Under the pieces are notes generated by a model. It was not told the origin of the DNA. It ran no database searches and saw nothing but the letters and a program-made list of their open reading frames with translations. A stretch of 64,000 nucleotides of DNA from a virus, in the IMG/VR virus record IMGVR_UViG_3300028393_000021. One strand, given 5' to 3'. Positions 1 to 9,428 of the stretch are shown here, in pieces. The first letter of the stretch is position 1, and each line of letters begins with the position of its first letter. The position numbers and the translations under genes were made by a program.

Positions 1-1158
1 GGGGCTACCACCACCACTGCCACCACTTGCTAATGGGCTATTAACATATGCTCCTGCATAGCTATAACTTTGTCCAGCACCGCCGCCAGTAGCAGTAATT
101 GTTTGTGCAGTATCGCCGCCTAGTGGTTGTTTTCCGTTAACTGTGGATGATGTACCAGTACTTGCAAAGCGGGCAGAGTCATTAGCTGCACCAGCGCCAC
201 CTGCACCAATTGTAACAATTAATGTATTACTAAGTAAAGGATTAAACGAATTTACATAAAGACCACCAGCCCCACCGCCGCCACCGGCATATGAAACACT
301 AGAATAAGTTCCGCCACCCCCACCACCACCACCACCGCCGATGAGCAACATATTAATTTCACCAGTTGAGTAACTTACTGATGATTGATTACTTAATAAT
401 AAATTATTATATGCAAAATAGGGATCAAATGACTGTGGGGTACTTGCTATATATTTTGTGTATCGTATAATAACAATACCAGAACCGCCGGGGAAACCAC
501 TAGTACCGCCGTTTCCACCACCACCAGTATTTGGGGTACCTGCTGATTCAGCACCACCACCACCGCTTGAAGCAGTGCCATCTAAACCAGAGCCACCACC
601 TGCGTATGAAATGCCATTAAGCCAAGTTGCACCATTACCGCCTGTGACACCGCTGCCTGCAGATCCAGCACCGCCGCCAGCCCCGTCGCCTCCGGCAAAA
701 CCTTGACTAGGATTTGTAACCAGCGCAGCTTGGCCGGAGCCGGGGACCAGAACACCATTACCGCCACCGCCTGAACCTCCGGAGTAACCAGCATTACCGC
801 CACCATACGCTGTGGAACTAACACCGTTTCCTATAATTGAGGAATTGCCTCCCGTGTTGGTTCCACTGTCTGCTATGCCACCCTGTCCCACAGTGATGGT
901 AAATGCATTATTTTTTTGAAAGCTAATGGTACTTGATATATATCCACCAGCGCCGCCGCCGGACAGCCCACTACCACCACCACCGCCACCCACTATTAAA
1001 CATTCAGCAATTACATTGTATACTGGGACAAATACTGAAGATGTTGTGGTGAATGTATGATATACATAGTCAGAAGCTGTGGTAACTGTTCCACCTGTGG
1101 CAATAAAGGTAGGTTCTACATACCGTTGACGTTTGATTATTCCTAGATCGTATACCAT
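1..1158 (-). CDS. Glycine-rich domain tail-fibre/virion protein, 3' end runs off the window
   Basis: Hand translation from ATG at 1158 (MVYDLGIIKRQRYVEPTFIATGGTVTT...LIVGGGGGSGLSGGGAGG...GGSGIVIIRY...) stays open to base 1. It has the same VGGGGGGG/GAGG/G.VIIRY module as the C-terminus of 12924..16181. Absent from the ORF track because no stop lies in the window. Confidence 0.85.
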   Translation of the reverse strand, partial: MVYDLGIIKRQRYVEPTFIATGGTVTTASDYVYHTFTTTSSVFVPVYNVIAECLIVGGGGGGSGLSGGGAGGYISSTISFQKNNAFTITVGQGGIADSGTNTGGNSSIIGNGVSSTAYGGGNAGYSGGSGGGGNGVLVPGSGQAALVTNPSQGFAGGDGAGGGAGSAGSGVTGGNGATWLNGISYAGGGSGLDGTASSGGGGAESAGTPNTGGGGNGGTSGFPGGSGIVIIRYTKYIASTPQSFDPYFAYNNLLLSNQSSVSYSTGEINMLLIGGGGGGGGGGTYSSVSYAGGGGGAGGLYVNSFNPLLSNTLIVTIGAGGAGAANDSARFASTGTSSTVNGKQPLGGDTAQTITATGGGAGQSYSYAGAYVNSPLASGGSGGGSP

Positions 1159-1189
1159 GAAAAAATTAGTTTAAGGGAGTAGTTGTGAC

Positions 1190-1549
1190 TTATTGTTGTA
1201 CTACTATTTCAATCCAATTTACTGTTGTTTCGTCCCAAACATATCGCTTTCCGTCCTCTACCGGCATTGCAATTGGAGCTGCCCAAAGACATGTTTCTTC
1301 GTTCAGTACCCAAGAATCAAACGGCTTTGGAGGAATGAATGCATCTCTACCTGCATCGTAGGTATATCCTATGCCCGCATAATTTTTTCTCAGTGGAGTA
1401 CCACCCAACCTATGCTGGCCACCTTGAGTATTATAGCTAGTTTGGACCCATAAGCTGGGATCGCCCCAATGTCCTGTGTTAAGGACGTCTTGTTCAATAA
1501 CAATTACTTGTGTTACTATACCGTCTTCTACTTTTGCAAAATGACTCAT
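1190..1549 (-). CDS. Conserved phage hypothetical protein, probably fibre-associated
   Basis: Start moved to MSHFAKV at 1549. Contains WVQTSYNT...LRKNYAGIGYTYDA.RDAFIPPKP..SWVLNEETCLW, a pattern I recognise from aquatic phage genomes next to fibre genes. TATAAATA lies upstream on the minus strand. Confidence 0.75.
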   Translation of the reverse strand: MSHFAKVEDGIVTQVIVIEQDVLNTGHWGDPSLWVQTSYNTQGGQHRLGGTPLRKNYAGIGYTYDAGRDAFIPPKPFDSWVLNEETCLWAAPIAMPVEDGKRYVWDETTVNWIEIVVQQ

Positions 1550-1581
1550 TTTTAAAATCCTTGTAATGATATTGTTATAGC

Positions 1582-1589
1582 TATTTATA
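1582..1589 (-). promoter_or_regulatory. T4-type late promoter motif TATAAATA
   Basis: tatttata at 1582-1589, about 30 nt upstream of the 1549 start. Confidence 0.55.
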
Positions 1590-1700
1590 ACATTATAATT
1601 TATCATAGATGACATTTATACTTGGCAAAATAGGCCATAGTATTCTGTATCATATGATGTTAAAGTTATTTATAAAATATTTTTAGGGCACTATCATGTC

Positions 1701-1708
1701 TATAAATA
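1701..1708 (+). promoter_or_regulatory. T4-type late promoter motif TATAAATA
   Basis: Exact TATAAATA 24 nt upstream of the carbamoyltransferase ATG, followed by an AGGA SD. Confidence 0.6.
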
Positions 1709-1732
1709 TCGAGAACAAAATAGGAATTTAAC

Positions 1733-3571
1733 ATGGCTTGGATAGCTGGTATCACACGTGGACATAATGGAGCAGTGTGTCTTTTAAAAGATGGAAAAAT
1801 AGTATTTGCTATAGAAGAGGAAAGATTAAGTGGATTTAAATACGATGGATCTCCACTACTTGGAATGTCATTAATACAAAAATATACCGACAAACTCGAT
1901 TATTTGGTAATTACAGGTACTTATTCACTAGCAGGGGATGTTTATAACCGGTTGGAGTGGACCGAGGAAAATATTTATGCAGGTTATGCTAGGAAATTAG
2001 GGCTAATTGATCGAGATATTACCAAATCAAAAAATACAGAACATCCTGATTCACAAGTCATTGACGTTGGAACCCAACATCATAAAATGCATGCCTCTTG
2101 TGCATTTTATAGGTCCGGATTTGATCAAGCAGTTGCAGTGATTTTAGATGGTGGGGGATCAGGATTTACATTGCTAAATTCAACTAATAGCCGTGTATTT
2201 GAAGTAGAAACCATATTTAAATGTTCATACCCAAATACATTTACAACTCTATATAAACACATGGCCGGATCTGGTCCATTTAAAAATAATAAAAGTTATG
2301 ATTTTAAAGATCCACTCGAATATGATCATGCTCCCCAAACAGCAGGCACTGGTATTCTTAAAGTAACTACCAGTGCAGGTATTGTCAAAGCATACGAAGC
2401 AGTCACTGAATTCTGTGGTTGGCAAGGCATCGAAGCGGGAAAAACTATGGGATTATCCCCTTACGGAAAATCAAACAGCCTTATACCACCAATATATACC
2501 AAGGACATTGACGGATTTTATTGCGGTAATAAATCCATGTTTACGCCTAACTATCCGCAAACTGCATTTATAGATAATGATATGAGTATCATGTCAGATA
2601 CATTTTTATCTAATGAGAAAGATAAAACAGTATTACAAGATCGAAGAGACATGGCATATGCTGTTCAGAAACAAAGTCAAGAAGTTGTGCTAAATCTCAT
2701 ACTTAGGGCTGTGGAAATGTCTGGTATAAAAAATGTAGTATTATCCGGTGGGTATGGATTAAATTGTGTGGCTAATTATTTTTATCTCGAAAAACTAAAT
2801 GAATTAGGTATTAATTTGTATGTTGAACCAGTGAGTACTGACGCTGGTCTCAGCGTGGGTGCTGCATTATATATGCATCATAAATTAGAAAAAACTGAAA
2901 AGCCATTACCACGTGATACTAATTTATATTTAGGCATTGATTTTACATATACACCTGAACTGATCAATCAGTTGGTATCACAATATAATGGTGTTGAAGT
3001 ATTAGAAAACATTCACAGTGATCAAGTTTCTCAAATTTTAAGAGATAAAAACATTGTTGCATTATTTCAAGGATCATCTGAAATTGGGCCACGAGCATTG
3101 GGTAATCGAAGTATTATATTTGATCCAACTTTTAAAGACGGAAAAGATTTTGTCAATAATGTAAAACGCAGAGAATACTTTCGACCATTTGCTGGTAGTA
3201 TTCTACACGAACATGTAAATGAATGGTTTGATATGCGGGGACTTGAAGAAAGTCCCAATATGATGTATGCTGTAAATTGTCAGCCAGGTGTTGAAGAAAA
3301 AATTCCCAGCATCATACACATTGACGGCACCTGTCGAATTCAAACAGTAAAACCTCAGCAGAATCCATTATTTTATGAGTTGATATCAGAATTTTATAAA
3401 TTGACAGGCGTTCCCATTTTATTCAATACCAGTTTTAACCTCGGTGGAGCACCCATGGTTGAAACATTGCATGATGCAATACATACATTGGTAAACAGTG
3501 ATATTGAATATCTCTACTTACCAGAATATAAGATATTAATAACAGCAGAAAATCAACCCGAGGAATTTTAA
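1733..3571 (+). CDS. Carbamoyltransferase, NodU/CmcH family
   Basis: H....CLLKDG.I.FAIEEERLS, HH..HA..AFY.S, GKTMGL.PYG, LSGG.GLNC.AN, D.G...GAA, E.GPRALGNRSI, VKRRE.FRPFA.S, H.DGT.R.QTV, NTSFN..G.P.VE. Confidence 0.95.
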   Translation: MAWIAGITRGHNGAVCLLKDGKIVFAIEEERLSGFKYDGSPLLGMSLIQKYTDKLDYLVITGTYSLAGDVYNRLEWTEENIYAGYARKLGLIDRDITKSKNTEHPDSQVIDVGTQHHKMHASCAFYRSGFDQAVAVILDGGGSGFTLLNSTNSRVFEVETIFKCSYPNTFTTLYKHMAGSGPFKNNKSYDFKDPLEYDHAPQTAGTGILKVTTSAGIVKAYEAVTEFCGWQGIEAGKTMGLSPYGKSNSLIPPIYTKDIDGFYCGNKSMFTPNYPQTAFIDNDMSIMSDTFLSNEKDKTVLQDRRDMAYAVQKQSQEVVLNLILRAVEMSGIKNVVLSGGYGLNCVANYFYLEKLNELGINLYVEPVSTDAGLSVGAALYMHHKLEKTEKPLPRDTNLYLGIDFTYTPELINQLVSQYNGVEVLENIHSDQVSQILRDKNIVALFQGSSEIGPRALGNRSIIFDPTFKDGKDFVNNVKRREYFRPFAGSILHEHVNEWFDMRGLEESPNMMYAVNCQPGVEEKIPSIIHIDGTCRIQTVKPQQNPLFYELISEFYKLTGVPILFNTSFNLGGAPMVETLHDAIHTLVNSDIEYLYLPEYKILITAENQPEEF

Positions 3572-4653
3572 TGACACGACCACAAGCATATTTTATCAAC
3601 GGCGGTGCCGGAAGAGTAATTGCATCTATACCAGCTTTTGAAAAATTAGCCGAGACTAACACAGATTTTATAATTGTATGTGAAGGTGGCAGTGACATGT
3701 ATCGGGGTCATCCCTTATTAGATCAAAGAGCATATGATCATTGGCATAAAGGAATATTTGCAGAGCAGTTAAAACATAGAGATTTAATTACACCAGAACC
3801 ATATCGTGTATGGGAATATTATAATCAAATGTGCAGTCTTTCACAGGCTTTTGATATTGCCATTAATAATAAAGGAATACGTAAATTACCTGCACCCTCT
3901 ATTCATCTTAATAAACTTGAAATAGCAGAAGCATACCGATTTATGCAAGAAGTAAAGACCAGATCGGGATTTGAAAAAACTATAGTTATACAACCATTTG
4001 GTCGAAGTGTTATCGCTAATCACGGAATGATTGTTGATCCCAGTTCAAGAAGTTTTGCTCAGAATGATTTAATAGATATAGTCAATTCCTTAAAAAAGGA
4101 ATACGGTGTAATTGTTATGAGCGAATTTGGTAATATTACAGGAATTGAAGCAGCTACTCCAAAAATACCGAACATTAGGATATGGGCTGCAATTATTGAA
4201 CTAAGTGATTACTTCCTGGGCTGCGATAGTGTGGGACAACATATGGCAAGAGCATTGGAAAAACCTGCTACAGTTGTTATCGGATCTACTTTTCCTATTA
4301 ATGTGAGTTATCCAGATTATTCTAATTTTACAATAATTGACATTGGTGAAAAACAAAGAATATATAGCCCAATTAGAATATCACAAGAAGATGCCATTGA
4401 AAGACATAATGATGCATGTATGGAAATGTCCGATGAAGATAAGAGACAAATTGTGAAATCTATTAAGAATAAACTTGGAAAATCAGTTAAATCTGCTGTA
4501 AAACCGTCTGTGAATGCCAATACACAGATAGATAACACCCATATACATAATCATGGGGTAAATCCCGTTAACAATGATTTTAAATTAAATCCACTTTCAG
4601 AAGAATTATCAAATAATTTTCCAAAATTAGTTAGCAGTCCAAACTTGTCTTAA
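3571..4653 (+). CDS. Glycosyltransferase family 9-like (GT-B) protein
   Basis: N-terminal INGGAGRVIASIPA, central VIQPFG, C-terminal FLGCDSVGQHMARA (GT9-type G.DS...H.A.A). Start overlaps the upstream stop (TAATG). Confidence 0.7.
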   Translation: MTRPQAYFINGGAGRVIASIPAFEKLAETNTDFIIVCEGGSDMYRGHPLLDQRAYDHWHKGIFAEQLKHRDLITPEPYRVWEYYNQMCSLSQAFDIAINNKGIRKLPAPSIHLNKLEIAEAYRFMQEVKTRSGFEKTIVIQPFGRSVIANHGMIVDPSSRSFAQNDLIDIVNSLKKEYGVIVMSEFGNITGIEAATPKIPNIRIWAAIIELSDYFLGCDSVGQHMARALEKPATVVIGSTFPINVSYPDYSNFTIIDIGEKQRIYSPIRISQEDAIERHNDACMEMSDEDKRQIVKSIKNKLGKSVKSAVKPSVNANTQIDNTHIHNHGVNPVNNDFKLNPLSEELSNNFPKLVSSPNLS

Positions 4654-7002
4654 TCTAGTAATCATTTGAGAAGATCCTAATGGTGCAGCTGGATTAACAT
4701 ATGCACTGGTTATAAATATAGCCGAGCTGCCACCAACTGCCCCACTTCCCGGACCACCCACATAGAAACTGCTGTCGGGATTAATAGTCAACGATGCACT
4801 AATTACTGGGTTATTATAGCTCATATAACCGGTAGGAATTGCTCTAACTCCAACTTGTTGATATTTACTATTATTCAGTACCGGTATTAGTAATCCAGAA
4901 TCAAAATCTTGTATCCCAAGATAATAATTAGTATTATTTCCAGCAAAACCGTAACCTGCCAAGGAGTTTAGATTATTAATGGGTTTAAATCTGTTGTCTT
5001 TGAAGAATATTTTTGATGTTGCTTCAATTACAATAACATCGATTGCACGATTTGTAAGCGAACTGGCATTACCAGTTTGACCTATTGCTTGATAGGGAAT
5101 TGTAGCGCCTGCGGCCCAACTGGAGGTATTGGGATAATTGTATAATGGTACTTCTAATAAAACACTGGTGTTGGTATAAACAAAAGATATAGTTCCTGTT
5201 GATACCAGTGGACTTATATTTCCAGTGATAGTTGATGCTACTGTGATAAGGGTTCCATATAAGGGTGCAAGATCTGCATATTGAGAAACTATGGTTGTTG
5301 CTGTATTTACAAATTGAATAGTGCCAACATTATTAAAATTATTAATAGATGTAGAAGTTGAAACACTATTATTGCCACGGAACTCACTATCTTGTAATAT
5401 TAATAAAGCAGTTTCAGTGGTTATTGCATTAATATTCGTAGCACTAGTTGTGGTAGTAGTGAATGGTATTGGCGGAACTGTAAATGCCCCAGTATATACT
5501 GTATTGCCCACTACAAATCGCATATTTGATATATAACCAGTCGAATATGCGCCAAGTGTTGAAGGAGCACCTATGAATATATCACCACTTGACGTAGTTA
5601 ATGCCTGATTGTCGGTTCGAGTAACTCCCACAGCACCATTAACAAATATCCTGAATGCATTAGCACTGTTTCTGGCAAAAGCATAGTGGTTCCATCGGTT
5701 AACAGAACCACTAAGCGTTGATAATCCCATAACGTTGAGTGCAGAACCTGTGCCTGCAATGTTCATCTGCGGAGTTATTCCGTTGACTAGCCAAAATGAC
5801 CAAGTTGCAGTACCAGTATTAACAGCATTATTCCTACCAGCTAGATAAAAAGCCGATGTAGACACTGTATAAGCCCAACACTCGAAACTAAATGGTACAC
5901 TTGCACCTATATTATATCCAGCTTGGTATGGTATAGTTAGATAATTAGTGGCGGTACTATCGAATACTGCTGCAACGTTAGTACCAGTAGTTGATACACA
6001 GGCCAATAATGCAGTATTTGATGTTGATACACTGGTAAATGGCATACTAACTGGAGTCACTGCTGTATTAGTAAATGAGAACGATGTGGTTGTTGAATAT
6101 AATGCTGTACCTTTGACCAGTCTAAAATGGCTAATGCTTCCCGACCAATAAGCTGTTGTTTGATTTGTTCTTCCCGCGCCTATACGTAAAACATCAGTTT
6201 GATTTAAAGTAGCAGTTGAAGTAGCAGTGGATTGTCGTACACCATTGACGAACAATGCTGTGGCGCCGGTGCTGGTTGACGCTCTAGAAACCGCAACATG
6301 ATACCATGTATTATCTAATACCCTAGTACTTCCAGTAATTGTTACAGCAGTATCATTATAAACTACCACGCTGGCAGTTGATACGTATATAGTCCACCCC
6401 GTACCCGTGATACCTTTTGCAGCAAAGGTAGATGATGTAGAAGTTGTAGTTCTATATAGCCATCCGTCAATGGTAAATGCACCTAAACCAAAACTTAGAG
6501 TAGTACCGGATGTGGCTTCAGTTACACTTAAATATTGAGTAGTACCATTAAATGATGTTATACCTGTACCAGTTGTAATAGCCATGGCGGCAACGGCACC
6601 ACCAGTACCATTAATTGAACTTTTTAATTCTGTCCAATTTTTTGCCCTACGGTCACCAAATGTGATATTACCCTGTACTTGCCTACTATTTGTTAAGTTT
6701 GATAACAACAAATTATTAGTAGTCGTAGTAACAAGTGTACCGGCACCATAATAAAAAGATTGAGTAAGACCACTGGGAGTACCCGATGGCGTAAAAGATA
6801 ACGAATTTTGAGTCGAGGCAGTAGTCCCTTGTACAAAAACGTTGAGCTCATTTAATTGAGGTTGATATGCAATTGTGGGAAAAGCACTTGAAGCGTCTTG
6901 TCCCTGCGTATTCCTTTGGTCCAGAGGTCCCCATTGATTCTTGCCGCCCGGTCGCGTACCGTAATCAATTTGAAAGTTTGATAGTTGTAACTCTCTAGAC
7001 AT
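4627..7002 (-). CDS. Virion/fibre protein with two LamG/concanavalin A-like domains
   Basis: Two copies of FTIxGW/FSFECW...WYHVAVSR/WNHYAFAR...LFVNG...IG....W.G.IS.FR.VKG.ALY; Thr/Ser-rich. Confidence 0.8.
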   Translation of the reverse strand: MSRELQLSNFQIDYGTRPGGKNQWGPLDQRNTQGQDASSAFPTIAYQPQLNELNVFVQGTTASTQNSLSFTPSGTPSGLTQSFYYGAGTLVTTTTNNLLLSNLTNSRQVQGNITFGDRRAKNWTELKSSINGTGGAVAAMAITTGTGITSFNGTTQYLSVTEATSGTTLSFGLGAFTIDGWLYRTTTSTSSTFAAKGITGTGWTIYVSTASVVVYNDTAVTITGSTRVLDNTWYHVAVSRASTSTGATALFVNGVRQSTATSTATLNQTDVLRIGAGRTNQTTAYWSGSISHFRLVKGTALYSTTTSFSFTNTAVTPVSMPFTSVSTSNTALLACVSTTGTNVAAVFDSTATNYLTIPYQAGYNIGASVPFSFECWAYTVSTSAFYLAGRNNAVNTGTATWSFWLVNGITPQMNIAGTGSALNVMGLSTLSGSVNRWNHYAFARNSANAFRIFVNGAVGVTRTDNQALTTSSGDIFIGAPSTLGAYSTGYISNMRFVVGNTVYTGAFTVPPIPFTTTTTSATNINAITTETALLILQDSEFRGNNSVSTSTSINNFNNVGTIQFVNTATTIVSQYADLAPLYGTLITVASTITGNISPLVSTGTISFVYTNTSVLLEVPLYNYPNTSSWAAGATIPYQAIGQTGNASSLTNRAIDVIVIEATSKIFFKDNRFKPINNLNSLAGYGFAGNNTNYYLGIQDFDSGLLIPVLNNSKYQQVGVRAIPTGYMSYNNPVISASLTINPDSSFYVGGPGSGAVGGSSAIFITSAYVNPAAPLGSSQMITRLRQVWTAN

Positions 7003-7019
7003 TTGTTTTCTTAAAAATG

Positions 7020-9230
7020 TTAAATTTCAGAAACAGTAGCTACAATTTTTGCATAAGCAGCAGATATTAAGTTGATTGTAACAGAGGTATCTGTTGACGC
7101 CGAGGATGTTACAGTTGCAAAATATGTACCATCACCGAACGTTATACCCGGATTGGCTGTTTGACCAATAACTGACAATGTCACTGGTTTAGCCACTCTG
7201 GCACCTAGATAATTATACACGTTAACAAGTATGCTACTAGACACAGTGGTTCCAGTGTATACAAAACTGGTTGCTGTGGTAGTAAGTGAAATAGTTTGTC
7301 CAACATCTGATGTTATAACGTCAATATAGTTAGAAGTATAACCGTTGTTGCTAATACTATTGTCAAAGACTTGGGCACACCATCTAGAATCTTTATCTTT
7401 AAATAATCTAGCAGCCGCATATGGCATGGTATTTTGATATTGATAGATACCTGTGGTTATATTCAATGTCATAATAATATCATTAGAGAATGTACAACCT
7501 ACATACAGGGTATTCCACATTACACCAGTTGGATACGAAGCAACATTTCCCGGATCTAATGGACAAAAATATCTAGGACCAAACTGGGCGGTCGATACAT
7601 TGCCCATATATTTGGCATAAGAACCAGCATCAGAAATTTCCCAGCTGTATATTCTAAACATATTTCCTGTACTTGCTGCGTTGTTGAAACCAGTTGCTGC
7701 CAATACTAATCCTGTTCCGTTAGTGTTGTATACACCCATATGTAATCTTTTAGTACCGTTTGAATCAATACTGATCCAAACACGATGCACTGTTTGTCTA
7801 CGAAAACTCATATTATCCAATTGTCCACGACCATTATTGAGATATCCACTATTTGAATAGATTTGCTGTTGGTCACTTATTGACATAAAGCCAGAGTTAT
7901 CCGAATTTTTCAATGCATAGGTAGAATAGGTAGAAGTGCCTCCACTGTTGTTTAGTGTGATTCTAGCAAGAGTAATACTACCAGTGCTTGATGGAGAGAC
8001 AGCAGTAAAATCATTTCCATTAAAATATAATTGATAAAATCTATAACTTGAACCTTCTGTATCTTGATCTGGATTCGATGGGGTAATAAACCCACCTAGA
8101 CCCTTGTTGATAGAGAGAATGGTGGTAGTACCACCACTGGCGCTATACGCTTTTAATTTTAACCGCTGGAGATTGCCTGTATTTGTGCTGCCATCAGATC
8201 CTTGAATTCCTCCAAACAGCGAATTAAAATGCATATAATAGGTATACTGATTAATGTTGGCTAGGAATATTCGACTGCCAAATTCAACTGCCTGATCAGC
8301 CGTGGCGCCGGCAGGCTTACCACCCAATTGGAATGTTACTCCATTGATGTAATTCTGCTTGCAGCAGGCCAAGACGGTATTACAAGATGCTGATATAGTA
8401 GAGAATGTTGCTAAATTTCCCTGGTCACAGGTACCATAATAGAACTGATCACCAGTTGATGTAGTTCCAGAGTAAACCCCGAGTGGTTCGTTTCCTCCAG
8501 CTGTATATATATCGGTGGCCAGAGTTATGGGGGAGGCGGTGAGGCAGGAGCATTGTCCGGCGCTATACTGGCAAGCCGAAAAGATAGTTGATGTAAAAGT
8601 ACCACTTGTTTGTTCCGTTACATTAGTGGTAGTGGAACGGGTACTTACACACGTACAACCGCAGCCACTCGTGATGCTGACGAATTGTTTAAATATGCTG
8701 TTGGGAACAAAACAATTAAAACATCCAGTTGGATGTTCTATTACTTGCCAATTGTATAGATTACTGCAATATGTGTAAGTGGCGGTGGTGCCCACGGTAG
8801 AAAGATAATCATTGGTCTGATCAGTATAACCACACACACATCCGCATAAACAGGAAATACCTGTACTATCTTGAACAGAGAATGTCAACGGTCCAAGGCA
8901 GCTTGTATTCTTAAAGGTCCAAACTCCACTAGAATTATAGGTGCCAAACGAATTAAATTTTGCAGCATTATATTCTCCGGAAAATCTACTACCAGCGTGA
9001 TCAAACGGTGTCATTCCCAGGCTGGGTTCAAACACACTGGGAACTGTAATAGGAGCCAAGGCCGCGCCGCATCGACTGGGGGCACAGGTATATTGATAAT
9101 TTCCCACTTGTTCAACGTTGTTTGTTGTAAAATAAAATTGACCGTTAACTGTATAGTTAGTTCCTCTATACCCGTATTGGACCACTTGGTCCGCGGTTGG
9201 GGGCAAGTATCTCTGATAAAATTTTGCCAT
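7020..9230 (-). CDS. Virion structural protein with cysteine-rich N-terminal half
   Basis: 736 aa ORF in the fibre operon, about 20 Cys in the first ~290 aa, beta-rich C-terminus. Confidence 0.7.
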   Translation of the reverse strand: MAKFYQRYLPPTADQVVQYGYRGTNYTVNGQFYFTTNNVEQVGNYQYTCAPSRCGAALAPITVPSVFEPSLGMTPFDHAGSRFSGEYNAAKFNSFGTYNSSGVWTFKNTSCLGPLTFSVQDSTGISCLCGCVCGYTDQTNDYLSTVGTTATYTYCSNLYNWQVIEHPTGCFNCFVPNSIFKQFVSITSGCGCTCVSTRSTTTNVTEQTSGTFTSTIFSACQYSAGQCSCLTASPITLATDIYTAGGNEPLGVYSGTTSTGDQFYYGTCDQGNLATFSTISASCNTVLACCKQNYINGVTFQLGGKPAGATADQAVEFGSRIFLANINQYTYYMHFNSLFGGIQGSDGSTNTGNLQRLKLKAYSASGGTTTILSINKGLGGFITPSNPDQDTEGSSYRFYQLYFNGNDFTAVSPSSTGSITLARITLNNSGGTSTYSTYALKNSDNSGFMSISDQQQIYSNSGYLNNGRGQLDNMSFRRQTVHRVWISIDSNGTKRLHMGVYNTNGTGLVLAATGFNNAASTGNMFRIYSWEISDAGSYAKYMGNVSTAQFGPRYFCPLDPGNVASYPTGVMWNTLYVGCTFSNDIIMTLNITTGIYQYQNTMPYAAARLFKDKDSRWCAQVFDNSISNNGYTSNYIDVITSDVGQTISLTTTATSFVYTGTTVSSSILVNVYNYLGARVAKPVTLSVIGQTANPGITFGDGTYFATVTSSASTDTSVTINLISAAYAKIVATVSEI

Positions 9231-9416
9231 TTATTGTTCTTCCTTATTCGTTAGTAGATAACCATAATCTTGAAATGCCCAAGTTCGAGCTTCTTCTTCA
9301 CTGGTCCATGGTTGTTGAGTTGCTGGATTAAATGGTTGAGTAGCCATCCTAACCTTAGTATCTGTTAGATTTATGTAAGCAATATTGTTTATAAATTCAA
9401 ATTCGTGACTTGTCAT
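9231..9416 (-). CDS. Small hypothetical protein, possible fibre chaperone/adaptor
   Basis: 61 aa, abuts neighbours, contains QPFNP.TQQPW.SEEEA..WA, GGAG SD. Confidence 0.6.
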   Translation of the reverse strand: MTSHEFEFINNIAYINLTDTKVRMATQPFNPATQQPWTSEEEARTWAFQDYGYLLTNKEEQ

Positions 9417-9428
9417 TTTTTCTCCAAT

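Noticed and set aside
458-824. Pro-rich + strand ORF 458..706 and ORF 582..824
   Set aside because: Shadows of the Gly-rich minus-strand gene 1..1158; GGN codons read as Pro on the opposite strand
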